This document shows, piece after piece, positions 13,582-27,100 of a stretch of 64,000 nt of DNA. The notes beneath the pieces are model-generated. The model did no database searches, had not been told where the DNA came from, and saw only the letters and a program-made list of their open reading frames with translations. The stretch's first letter is position 1. Each line of letters starts with the position of its first letter. Origin of the DNA: Phoronis australis. Lineage: Eukaryota; Animalia; Phoronida. The translations under genes and the position numbers were made by a program. The stretch covers positions 651,595-715,594 of the forward strand of contig NMRA01000169.1 in assembly GCA_002633005.1 (NCBI GenBank), written 5' to 3'.

Positions 13582-13741
13582 AATTTCAAATCCTATAAAA
13601 TGCACTTAATGTTTGAGTGGTTTGTAAATCAAGGCACATGATACTAAAAGCCAACAACTGACATATCACATCCCTGGTACACTCAAACAGGAGGGTTTGG
13701 CAGTGGCATGCCGCCAACTCAGGTAAGTGGTTTGTTAATGT

Positions 13742-14130
13742 TGGATTGTTCTAAAACCCTTGACCCCCACAACCCACAACCTCCCGGACCCTCAAACCCT
13801 TCTACCCATGGCCCACAACCCCCTTGAGCCAGTGTACACAAGCTCGACTCGATCTGAACATAGAACAAAGCGCTGACTTGCAGGACCAATGAGTCGGGCA
13901 AGACGGGCAGTGAGCTCAACTGGCTTTTCCATGCTTTTGTTTTAATCAAGAGCCAAAAACAGAAAAAACAATGCGACCAAATTAAATCAAAGATGTACCA
14001 AGCAAAGTTTTTAAATGTCGTTCCTGGCAAAGTGTTATCGTCTCATCTGTTCTTCAGTGAATGGCAGATTCAAGCTTTTTTAGGAGTGCGAGGAACTGAT
14101 GAATTGGTAAATACAGTTTAAAAAACACAT
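13742..14130. mobile_element. Dispersed repeat fragment (family of 52330-52700)
   Basis: Colinear similarity with 52330-52700 over ~380 bp. Confidence 0.7.
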
Positions 14131-17100
14131 GTAAATACCAGGTTGATTGTGTATAGATTTTGTTCACAGCCTGATAATTTCTGCTTCTGACACACAGGTG
14201 TAACATCACTATAAAGCTAGCGTAGTTTGAGCTGTAAAAACGCTTATAAACTGTTTAACATGCTAAACACACCCAATTACTAAAACTTTCCCATCTCAAC
14301 TGTTGCTGTATTCACAAACATTTCAACTAACTGGAAGTGACACAGATGGTCAACTGGAGTGAACAGTAGATCAATAAATTAATCACAGATAATTATATTC
14401 GATACAGCATATTTTTCAGGACAATGACCCTTCAGTCAAATCTAACCTGATGTTTTTCACCCAAATAAGTTATTCGTTGAACTTTCTTGAAAATGGTAGT
14501 CGTAATCATCAGACAGCGACTGCAATTTAATTTTTTGTTTGTTTAAATATTTCACAAGTAAACCGTAACCAAGGTTTCGCAGTATTTCACGAAGACGTAT
14601 GCAGTATTTTATGGATGAATAACACAAGCCTAAATGCAAGAAATCTGCAATAGCAGGTAAACACACAATGCCGACAGAAAACCGCAGTGACCACAACTTG
14701 ACATTATGTTACTGTGAACACACACTGGCTAAAGGGCAATTGCTTATTAGCCGATTGGTTAGCATATATTGTATGCTTGCCTGTTTTATCGGGGTTGCCC
14801 GTTTGATTCCCGGGTCAGCCGCGGCACATGTTCTAAATCAAAAGTTAACTTCCTTGACAGAACATGGGTTTACAGTCACCTTAACATGGGTTTACAGCCA
14901 CCTTACCAAACAGCCAAGAGATCTCCAAATTCCACCTCGTAAAAATATACCAATCAATTTATGTCCACACCATAATGTTCTTGTCATTCCAATTTCAGTG
15001 TAGGGAAATCACTTTCAAATCATTCTAACCCAAGCACTGGTTCTCTTAAAGATTCAACTCACCTTGCAGATGTCCTGGTATATCTGGCAGTGAATCTCCA
15101 CCCAAACTGAAGGGCAGGAATGTGCTACCAAGATTGGTTACATAATCACCTTCTCATTGTTGTACTCTCACTCTGCACATGAATAGAGTGTTTTCATAGG
15201 ACAATTCAAACATTCCAAAAATTTGAACAGTAATCCTGAGTTTTAATGCCAGGGGGCAAATTATTCTATTGGATGGAGGTCCATTGCAAAGGAATGAAAA
15301 GCCATGATAGTATTTATATACATGGGTGTGACTTTGGTCTCCATGAGACATATGAGTGATCTGAGATTATAAATTATTCATTAGAAACGATTTACTGAAA
15401 GACTGGAACCTAGCTAGTAGAGATATTTGATTTGTTCAATAAGTAATTGTCACATAAAGGACAAGCATTCAGAAATGTCCTGAATGTCCTGCTGTAAAGG
15501 TATTTTAATGCCCATGTCAAGGTGTTTCACAACATTAGGATCCTACTGTTGCCAGAAGAGGGTGCTGTTTCATTGCTGCTATGGAAGGTGTGTGATTTCA
15601 TACAAAGGACGCAGTTTGGCAGACAACTGCACTCCTTGGAAATTGGCCTTCAAATATGAGGTAAATGTTCAGCTTTACGGAATATTCCAGTCATCGAGGA
15701 TTCAGAAATACTTCTACGGACGTTGAAAATGGCCCGTCTCAAAAGGGACTTACTTTAGAAATTTAAGCAGAGGGTAATGTCTCAGGAACAACTAAAAACA
15801 TTTCAAAAGAACTTGACTGACAGGACTCTGCCAAGCAACTGTGTCCACTTCCTGAAGTGCCGGGTGCATACAAAACTATTTTATTGGCGTACTTGAGAAA
15901 AGTACCAAGCCACGAAACCCCTGCTGAATTGATGGCAAAAGATTACTTTGCTGAAATTCAACCTCACTAATATAACTGGCAAACATCAGCACACAATACT
16001 TTCGACTTGCTTGAATAAAATTGCACAATCACAACTTTATCAAATTGCCAGTCAAAACAAATGAAAAAGACCCCCCCAAAAAAAATTATGAGGTCACTCA
16101 TTTCCATAAAGGACAAAAATGTATTATCGTGATATTTTCCCACAGCTTTCTTTCGTTTCTGCTTACACTCTGTGAATGCAAGCATTAGTCACATAGCTAT
16201 GGGCCAGGATTCACCCAGGTTAACATGACTGGTAATAACAAGCCCACACCCATTATGCAACCAACTCCACTAGGTGTCATTGTATTCCTTACAATGGAGT
16301 CTGGGAACTTCTTATGACACAACTTTCCCACAGAACTAACAGTTACACTGCCCTTGGCAAACACAGGGTGAAGAAACAACTCAAGTGCTGCACTCAGAAA
16401 ATACTTTGGTCCATATTGCATGCGAGTGAGAAACAGCTAGACTAGGATGGGTGTATACATTGTACAGATGTCTTACCAGTATTCACAGAGGCCAGGTAGA
16501 TTTAGAAGGTTGGTTACCCATGGGAAGGGCTGGTAGGAACATGCTGCCAACTTGAATGGACATCTTGCCTTTAGGTATAGTATTAGGTAGGACTGGTTCT
16601 CTTTTCACATTGGATTTTTTCTTTGCTTTGTGGTCCATTGCCTCAATGAGAAACTGGGGATGTATCCAGGTAGTCTCAGGCGGGTAAATGAAAACTCCCA
16701 TCCAGGTGGTGGGATTTCTATTTTCCTATTATGAACTAATCTTGTGAACCTTTAACTCTTTTTACACGATAGCACCCCAGTCGGTGCATATATTAGCTTG
16801 GATCCTGGATATGTGACATCATCTCCTACTCATTATGTGTCACATTTAGATCTCAGCCAGTTTTTCTCCACTGCCGGAGCCATTTGTCTCGAAATGTAGT
16901 GTCTCCAATTTCCAGTCAAAGGATTAGGAGGCACACCCTGAGTATTTACAAGTCTGGACACTGAACTGTTTGTGTGCCCTTAAAAATATGATGCAACAGT
17001 CAGACACAGACATCATGTTACAATCACTGAAAAGGCAAACTTGCAGTAATTTGCCAAGATTCATCAGTTAATACCCAGGTAAGAAGACTGTGTGGTATCT

Positions 17101-20059
17101 ATTGGCTCAACACCCCATCACATTGAGCTTTGTTCACACCAAGTAGACCCCGATGCTGAAAATGAGATTATCATCATTGGTTCTACTTATTGAGAAGCCC
17201 CAAAACAATTTTGGCATAAGTTATGGAAAACTTCACCCATAAATGCAAAAGCCCAGAATTCCAGGAAGTCACTAGACACTCAAATGCCTCAAACACAGTA
17301 TAGAGATTTATCCTGTCGCCCAACTATTGGGGGCCATAGTTCACCATACCTCTTCGATTCCTACACCCCCACTTAATGTGAAACTTGAAATTTGTTACAT
17401 GGTCCACATATAAGAAATGTACACCCGTGTACATGGGGTGCACATCATAAATAACATACTTCACCACCAAATGCACCAAAAAAAACTACTTAATCTATTA
17501 ATACGAATAGGATGACTCCCTCAACATTAGCGCCATCTATTGAACATTGAGACAACCACCAATTCTTCCACTGCTTAGTTCCCTAGTTTTTTAGAACTGC
17601 ATTTCCCAGTTCCAAGTAAAATTTCTGGGTACGTAAAACACAAGGAGCAAATCACTAAAATGCTCTAAACTTATTTGTAGGTGGGCTATAATGAAACTTT
17701 CAGGTTAAGATACAAACGCATTGTTTTATGATCTTTTGAAAAACAAGACATGTCGGGGCAGATATTCGGCAGGTAGATTATTTAAAATTTCAGGTGAAAA
17801 AACACCAAGGTTTCGATTGAAATTCCTTCCCCTTCAAATCACCAACAAGCGCATCATCTCACATTTTAACATCGGACCCTGAACCAGAATTGTTTTCAAT
17901 TTGACTCCATTAAACCTCGACAATAGACAGTTTAGATCACTGCATCAATTGCAATTTGACAGAAATCCCTTCAAAAATGAAGAAATTTTTTTAAAAACCT
18001 GAACAATGCTCGGTATTTGGTAAATGCTGTTAATCAGAATTAACTAGAACAGTGAGGGTTATTTTTCATTTTTGGTTCAAATTTGTATTTTTTTACCATT
18101 TCAAATTATTATAAGTAGGTACTATGAAAATTGGACAAGAAATCACTATTCTTGCTTGATATAAGTTTCAGTCTGATTTCTTTGCACGTTACAAATACTG
18201 AGCAGACGTGATTTAAAAAGTCGACAAATCCAATGACACCGCCTAGCAACCGCCTAGCAACCAATGCAGACCTTTTCAGATGAGGTATAAAAATGGTCAT
18301 GTTTCAAATTCTCTTTCATTACTACATTAGGTATACAATTCTAGCTCTTGATATTAACATGGGTCGCATATTTTTCATTTTGACCACTTGACCACGCACA
18401 AATATTATCCCAGACTTGAGATTCCCAACTACACCCCTAGCCTAAAAAAGACGAGTGCCTCCCGGAACTACAGATTATTCATTAAATCCTGTTTCAGTGC
18501 AAGTTCACAGTTGAACAATGTACAGAGTTACTTAGATGGGGAAACGTTGACCGTTAAAAGGATGTTAACAAAGAAACAAACTTGATCTTACATTTACAGT
18601 CAATAACTATTTATAAAGCACTACCATGATTACCCAAAAGCCCAATAAAATTAACCATTTTCCAACAAAATCATCACATTTTCAAGAAAATTTACCCCCA
18701 ATTATCTTCAAATTTCCTGCCACTTTTCTCAATTTTGTTTTGTCAAGTTTTTGTATTTCCCACTGAAACTTTTTGTTTTTGACAAAATGACCTTCAATTT
18801 TCTCCACAATTTCCATCATAACCAAGATGAACGGCTTTAAAAGATTTTATTCTTTTTAAAGTAAAGTAGGATCTGACCTTTTCAAAAATGTACGAGTGCA
18901 TTAAAATGATAACGCGCGTTGAATGAAAGGCGTGTTCTCGGCTGTCCTCAATGCAAAATTTTGCAAAATAAACGTAAGAAGTAGATAAAAAACCTTCAAT
19001 ATTGAAAATGCCACAATTACAAAATACATTGTAATGTAGTAAACATTCCGCTGGAGACATAAATTAAAGTACAAACTTAGCATGACATTGCCGTATAGGA
19101 AACCTATGACAAACAAAAATGAATAAAATGATAACAAATATCAAGTTTATCGATGACAGATGGGGAGTACCTACATTGACATGTGAACTTTGTAGTACTA
19201 ACGGACTCAGTTCATATCTGTAGACAAATTCATGTGTCTGATATGATCTTACATTTGATGATTGGATGAAGAGTTTGAATTTCTGCTTCAGAGACCCCTT
19301 TTATCAAAGGTTGTCAGTCCCAGTTATAGTTGAGATGGTAGCAGACACATCAATTCAAATGCGACGCCGCATTTTTGTTTTCATAGTGAAATGTTGCAAT
19401 ACAGATGCCAGAGTATTACCACAAAATGACACAGAATTCCTTGTCATGACGAAGACGAATTTGTCATGACGCAATAGTCTTCAATCACGATTGAGAATGC
19501 ACAGTAATTAACAGGAAAGTCAATTAAGAACCGGCAAAATAATTAGAACTTTGTCGCCATAGGAGTTATTACCAGTCATTTTTCTTGTAAACAGAATTAA
19601 CCACCATGCTGAGAGTATTTTGTCCGGTTACTTTTGGCTTGTCCTGCACACATGACCAACACCAGAATCTTCAGGGAACATTGGTTCGAACAAAACACAT
19701 TCCCTAGTTCTGATCCGTCTCATTTTCTTTAAAGACTTCCACATCAACAAAGATAAAGTGCTGTCAATCAAGTGCTATGATTGGCTTACTGCTTGCACTG
19801 CCCTTTCGACCTCCTCATAAGTTTCAGTACAGGTACATCTTGACCTCTGACCTCATACAGACACAGTCCCACCACAGCTTGTTATGGGGAATCCACACGT
19901 GTGTCATCATGATAAGTGAAGAAACAAAGCTAATCATGAATGGTCACTGACCACACTGTGGCGCCACCGACTCTCTTATTCAATCAGTGGGATCGACAGT
20001 AGGATAGCCTGTGAGCTACTGTTGCATTCGAAGAAACATGGAAAGATGATGATGACTGA

Positions 20060-23000
20060 TCACTGTGCTGGCACTGAGTCCTGTCTCTTCTTATAGTCTG
20101 CAATTGTTTGGTGGATAGTGTCCCTGGAGAATTTACATTTTGATGAGCCACATTCACACGTGAAGAACTTCCACTTGATGACCCAGAATTTCTCTCCATA
20201 ATCAAACCTAGGATCAAAAATGGCACAGGCGATTAATGAAATCTTTCAGGGACAAGCTGCGCAAACCATGTCTCTTGCCCTTAGTTGACAACCAACAGTC
20301 TGATGCAGAATAAATTAATTATTTGAATTTCAGATCCTCTGAGTTTTCGTGTTTTTGACTTTTGCCTGCATATTACAAGAGGTTCTGACTGAGGGAGAAA
20401 ACAATGTTTTAGTTCATATCTCATTACTGAACGAAATAATAAGGAAACAGGCATTTTGTCATTTGAATAACTTATCTACCTACAGAGATGACAACAAGTA
20501 CCCTACAGCATGAAAAAATCCTTGCGTGCCATTGGAAATATGTGCCCGGTTGCATGAAACAGTCCCCCGAGTTCCCTAAATCTACTGCGTATTTTTTGGA
20601 CTAGTGAAAACATCGATTGCCCTTTCTTGAATTGTTTTAGTTTCATTACTAAGTCAACCTTTGACTTTAATACAAGTTGAGAGTGAATTCTCCGTTGAAT
20701 TGTCAATATTATCAAAAATATTTAGGGATCTTTCCATGCAACACCCCCAATTTAAGGACTGAGTCCCTATTCATTTTCAATGAACTCTGGGCTCAGTTTG
20801 TAGTTCAATTATTAGAAAATGTCATTAATCACAGAGGAGCTCATAATAAGGATGAAAAATATTGCATCTGTGAGTCCATTAAGACATAAATACCCAAAAA
20901 GACTTAGGGACCTTAGTTGAGTTCCTATTTGGGACCGTTTCATGCAACCGGGCACTGAAGCCCTGTAATCAAGGTATCATGGAGCCATGTCCCAGGTTCA
21001 CTCCAACCAGCCTCACCCAAGCTCTTCTCCTGCCTTGACGTCCCGGGAAGCAAACAGGCAGATGCGAGGGAATCTCAAATCCTGGTGGTCGACGTAGACT
21101 TTCACTGGCACAAGATTTGGCTCACATAGGTGGTTGATGAACCGGCTGACGTTTCCGTAAGAACGCGCATCAATGCAGAACGTCTCGCCATCCTGAAAAT
21201 ACCAACATTGTTTAATTTGTTCTGCTTGTATAGTCAATATCAACACAATGTCATGATAGAAAATTCTTATTAGAGACATTGAAAACGAACTGGCACGTTA
21301 TATAATACATTGACAAGCCTTAAAGTGGGACTTGAAGGCTAATTCCTTATCTCTTGCATTGCTTGGCCAAAGTAGTCAGAAACACAAACACAGCATATGA
21401 TGTGGACATGAAGTGTACGTTTGATGTTTTTAAGGTTGAGTAGTGTGACGAAAATGATCTGCCGCAAATCACTGAATCGTGTCCGGTAAGTATCGTGACC
21501 TGGTGCAGGAGAATAACACTGCATGATATAGGTTATGTGAGCCAGCGTGGTACGTCATTAGTGCAAAGGTCATCTATTTGCAGATTTGTTTTTGTTTTCA
21601 CTATAAGAAGTTGTCAGTGACCACAACTGCACTGTTAAGCATAGATTATGTCAAAATAGCATTGTTTAGTTCCTGCTATACATTAGCATAGTCAGGAGCA
21701 TGCAAATACATCTTTAAAGTAAAGACAAAGGTTAAACATCATGCCTCCACAGACCAACACGTAGCTCACCAACAACGCGTTCTATAAACAGACAGCCTAG
21801 TAGATTCGCATCACATGACTTGGACAACAGTTTCGATCAGTCAATGTGTATCCATGACAACAGCACTATTCGTCACTACAGAGTGGAATGGTCTCCAACT
21901 TGGTCTCCGTAACTATCTAACTTCATTAGCTCGTTGGATATTAGTACACTGAGGCTATGATAAAAATGGGTACTAGTTGGCAAGATGCCTTTTGATCCTA
22001 GTTCAAATTTTATGTGCTTATAATTATGTTAATAAAGAATAGAAAAGTCCTGGTTTATTACTCTAAAACCACAAAACTCTCAAAATCAAGTCACCTCACC
22101 ATTAAGATAACCAGTTGATTGCCTGCACCTCACTAGGACTTTTCATAAACGTTGTCTGAATTTTAACACAATTTTAATAAACGATGTAAAACAACCATTG
22201 ATATTCATTTTGTGACACATCACAACAATGAAAACCTAAAAATTGCAATCATAAAAAGATCTAAGACCGAGAGAAATGTTAAGCTTAATATGTAGGGTCT
22301 TATCAACAAGAAACATAAATTTTAACTCAGTAAAAGAATATATTTTCTGAAAGTACAAAGGCCACAGAATTTCATTTTTGACTTTGCAACAAATTATCAT
22401 TAACTGGGTCACATGACCATGTCTTTTTATTATAATTTAGTTTTATCAATTTAAAAAAATTATCATGAAAATCACAAATTAAAGTAGTATCTTTTGATAG
22501 CTCCTCACGCAGAAGTGGAACATTGTTAAAACAAATCTTAAGAGTGTTTTTGAGAATAGAGCGTTGTAAGTTTCACATGAATCCAGTCCACTCAGCCATT
22601 TTAGAGCATTATAAGTTTCACCTGAATCCAGTCCATTCAGCCATTTTAGAGCATTATAAGTTTCACATGAATCCAGTCCATTCAGCCATTTTAGAGCATT
22701 ATAAGTTTCACATGAATCCAGTCCATTCAGCCATTTCTGAGACATGATGTTCCACAGTTTGCCAAATTTGGCCAATTTTACAGGACCCTACATAACCTTA
22801 ACAGCAACTTAAAGAAAGATTTCTAAGAACCCCACAAGAAACTAATAAATTTTCTCGACACTTCATGACTATTGGTTAGTTGAGGAAGACACGAGTTAAA
22901 CACGTCTTACTCTGTTGTCCAGGTCAAAGAGATACGAGTCATCCTCACGTCTGTCAGCTTCTTGATCAGATATCAGCTCACCTATGTACCTGCAATGACA

Positions 23001-24132
23001 AGAAAGGGAAACAAGATTTCCACGGTGAAAGATCCCTGACGGTCACGCATGACCTGTTTAGTAGACAATATGGCAGACAAGTACATTTTATTTTGTGAAA
23101 TTTCAGAATAAAAATAGATATTTATCATTAGCTTGAATTGTTCAGTCTAACTGTTATCATCAGTCCAAACTTACTCGCAGACAAACGCGCCTTTGGGGAT
23201 GTCCAGCAGGGCGCGCAAGCCCCAGCCTCGCCCAACCGTCTTGAACAGCTGCATGCGCGCTGTAATGCCTCGCTGGATGACACGATTTTCACAGGTCATC
23301 CAACACTGGCACGCCTTGTTACACTCGAAGATGAGAGGAGGCTCTATGTATGGGAAGTCGTCGACGAGGGTGCCCTCTTTTGTGTACCAGCATTTGATGC
23401 TGTTCCGCGTACACACGCACACGGATGTGGAGCAGACGTTACGACACAGGCAGCTCTGTAATGGAAGGGGTGAGGAGAAACGAGATGTGAATTGTGAAAA
23501 TGTGAGATCTACAAGTGAGCCAAAAATGTGAAACAGACAAAATGTGAATTTGAAATATGTGAATCAAATCACAACTTTCCAGTAAATGCAGTGATTTGTG
23601 ACAAAAATAATCAAATGTTGAACACGTGACATAGAGGAAAGAGCCTTAGCTACAGAACTATTATTTAATTAACATCCTTTCCTCAAATATTGAATTGTTT
23701 ACTTCAGAAGGTAGAATCTTCCTCAACACCAGTTTGTTTTCATTAGAAAATGAAGTCACAGCGTGAAAACAGTATCAAACTGCAAAGGTTGAACTGACGG
23801 AAAACGTTAAGGGGGAGAGGGGGTGTTTTGGTTGTTCTACTCATGTTAGAGTACTCCACACTGATGTACCATCTCCACTCGTGTTTTTGAACAGTGCTAC
23901 TTTACAAAGAGGGGGATGGAGGAAAGGAGGGAGGCAATGCCAATATTTTCTTACTGCCAAACTGGAGATAAATGTAATAAACACTACCTGTAAACTGGAG
24001 ACCAAGGTGTTTATATGGAGTTGTGATGTCTGTACATTCTCTGTCACGTATCTGTAGTCCTCTGGCATGGGCTCATCATCCACGCCATTTACACAGGGGA
24101 TAGGGCTCGAGTCACGGCCGTATGAGATGTCC
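20060..24132 (-). CDS. EHMT1: EHMT pre-SET/SET/post-SET exons (24132-23988, 23455-23175, 22989-22911, 21192-21017, 20207-20060)
   Basis: [10 protein letters not shown] and ELGFDY SET signatures, pre-SET cysteines, post-SET CxCxxxxC, TGA at 20062-20060. Confidence 0.97.
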
Positions 24133-27100
24133 CTACACACAAACAACAGATACTGTAGTCTTCAGTTCAAACCCTAATTCTCCGCCATGATGGACAATGC
24201 ATAACTTTCACAGAGTTAAAGGTTTTAAACAAAATTTGCAGATTTCAGTAATAGATATAATTTTAATATCTGCCTTTTTATCACTAAAAACGAAGAGTAT
24301 GACCCAATTCCTTTAAAAAATAAATGAAATAGATGCTGGAATGGCATGCAGTTACCAATGGATAAAAATATAAAATAGTAAAACTAGTAAAAATAAAACA
24401 AGCATTGGAACTAAAATATACAGACTGCTGAAAACATGTATCCGTCAGTCTGTATCATACCCTTGACAAAATGTGGGGAATATTTTAATATATTTTAGTA
24501 CCTACGCTTGTCATTTTATTTTTTTTAGTTCTGTCGAAGTCTGTCCACTTTATTTTGAAAACTACCATAGGCAAGAAATCTCATCTTACTTTGAAAATCC
24601 ACCTTCAGAATGCAGAATACAACTTTCACCAACAAATCTCTGTTTTTGAAAGTTTACAACTTACTACAGTTCATTACAGGACATAAGTTTGTAAGTACTA
24701 TAACCACAAGCATCTGATGGACGTAAAGTGGGTGAATTATCTGATGTAGTTTGTCTACTCAAGACACGTACCGATGCAGAACCTTTTCAATCTGACTATT
24801 GTTGCCTTGAGCTTTCTGTAAATTGTGCGCCAGTTTGAGGGCTGTGAAGCAACCGGGCTCCTTGGATGTGCAACACTAAAAACAAACACACACACACACA
24901 GAGACAATTATTCAAACCGTGCTGCCAAATGCACTCCAGTTTATAACAAAGATCATCATCCCAGAGGCGTTTTTGACTGCCAATGACTGCGCGTTAGGAT
25001 TCTGCCATTTCGGAATACAGACACTTTTTCCTCCAAGTCTTTTGATATATTTTGTGGAAAACTCTAATTCATCATCAATGGAGATAACGCCAGTAAAAGC
25101 AGTAGACAAAATTATATCACAAAAACTGATCAATGGGTTTGAACACCAACTCAGAAAAATAAACGGCCTTTCACGCTACTTCAAACACACGACACCCAAC
25201 TAACTTCACATCCAACAGCAAAACCACTTCTGTCAAATCTTACAAATAGCGCATGCGAAGAAAGTTGAAAACAATGACCAAAATATGGTGAATGTTTGTT
25301 TATTTTGAGAAAATGAACTGAGGCTATAGGTACCAACCTTGGCACAGATAGTCTTACCTCTATAGGAAGCTTTCCTTCATTATTCCTGCAAGTTGTTTTC
25401 GCGCCCCTCGCCAGAAACAACCTGCGATTGAAGCAGAAACAACCAATCAGAGAAGAGCATCCACTGACATCCTACTATGTGAGCAGAATTTATGGGAACT
25501 CCATATTCATAAGGTGGCCCTGAAGAGAAATGGTGCCCTTTTCTAATATCTGATTGGAGAGCAGAAAACAGTTCATCACCATAGGGGAATTTGTGAAATC
25601 AGGGTCAAATCTGACTACCTGAATGCAGGCAATTCTATAGGCAGTATCCTTGTTTCGCTAGCGCCACCTAGTGAATTTCAAATTTCCTATTAAGGTCAAA
25701 ACAGTTGGTTAGGGTCTGTGTTTTTTCTTGAAAATTGAATCGGTGTGGTATTTTTTAGGTAGTCACATTTTCAAAAAAGAAAATCCACATGAGACAAGTA
25801 AAAATGATGCATCACTTGGCAAACCATGGCGTTCCAACCTTGTTTACCATTGGTTACGAAAGTTTGTGCAACTTTTCCACAAAAACAACATAAAACCTTG
25901 ACTGAATTAAAGTAATGCGGATGCGCAATTTTTTCCTCAATTTTCTTTAATCGGAGAGCTTAGGTCACAAAATGAGTCGGGTTGTGACCTGAACCAATCA
26001 CGTTGGCCTTACAGAGGCTACTAAATACTTATTACATGAATATGTATATTCCTACAATATATTCACAGCTGACACGAGCACCTATTACGGTTATTAAAAC
26101 CCTACTAACTATTTTACTCACATGACGCAGTCATAGTGGTCTTGTCTGGCTGCAATATGTCTGAAATTAAAGCGAGACAGACGTGAGGCGCTACCGTAAC
26201 ATACATTAAATGTAATATGCAACACTGAAATACAAGATAAAATACAACTCATATAAACAGTACAAGACAAAGGCAATCAAAGTACAACTCATATATAAAG
26301 TGCAAGACAAAGGTAATCAGACAAAATACCATTTCCCTACCCTGGTGATTAATTCTGTTAACAGCAAAAATGGCTGCTTACAACTATTACAGGAGCAAAA
26401 TTTTAATTAGTAATGAGGGAAGAATACTATCTGACGATGAATTGCGCTTTTGTCAAGACGGGGAATGTTGGGTCATAGTACTTTTGGTTTGTACTGTACG
26501 TTCAGCCACCATGACATGGAACTCTGGGTAATATTATCTGAATACTTTTGGCTTCTACTACAGTTAACAACAATGTTTTTTCATTATCTGTACCAACTTG
26601 TAAAGGTTAACAGACTTCAAGTAATGATCATATTCTTCAACTTCAGCAGACAAAATTTACTTTTTTCAAAAATTTTATACTTGCTAGAGAAGCTCAAATG
26701 TTTTACAAAATGTCACTTGATGACACTTGTGCGGTAGAAACCATGGCAACAACAAAAGTAACCAATTCAATAAAGGTTTTGTGAAAAACTTTAATTGATT
26801 TCTCGAACTTATATCAATAACTTAATTCTTCAAACTAGAGAAAAATTGAGTGAGCAAGTTCTGAAAACGTCAACCACTAGAAAACTTTAGCAAACTGATA
26901 ACTTTGCTCGATGACTGAGACGTCCACTGACTTTCAGTCACAGGCCTGCAATTCAGCTTTGACATGAATAATGATGCCAGAGACAAGTAATAAAAATATT
27001 ACATCAGCGATTCAGCCTGTCACATAGACAGTATTTGCACTGTACAACTAGTTCAAATTGTCACGTAGACAGTATTTGCACTGTACAACTTGCTCAATTT

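Noticed and set aside
15100-17400. Slightly GC-richer intergenic stretch with short ORFs (possible decayed pseudogene or retroelement)
   Set aside because: I could not recognise any protein motif; a tBLASTx search would be needed.
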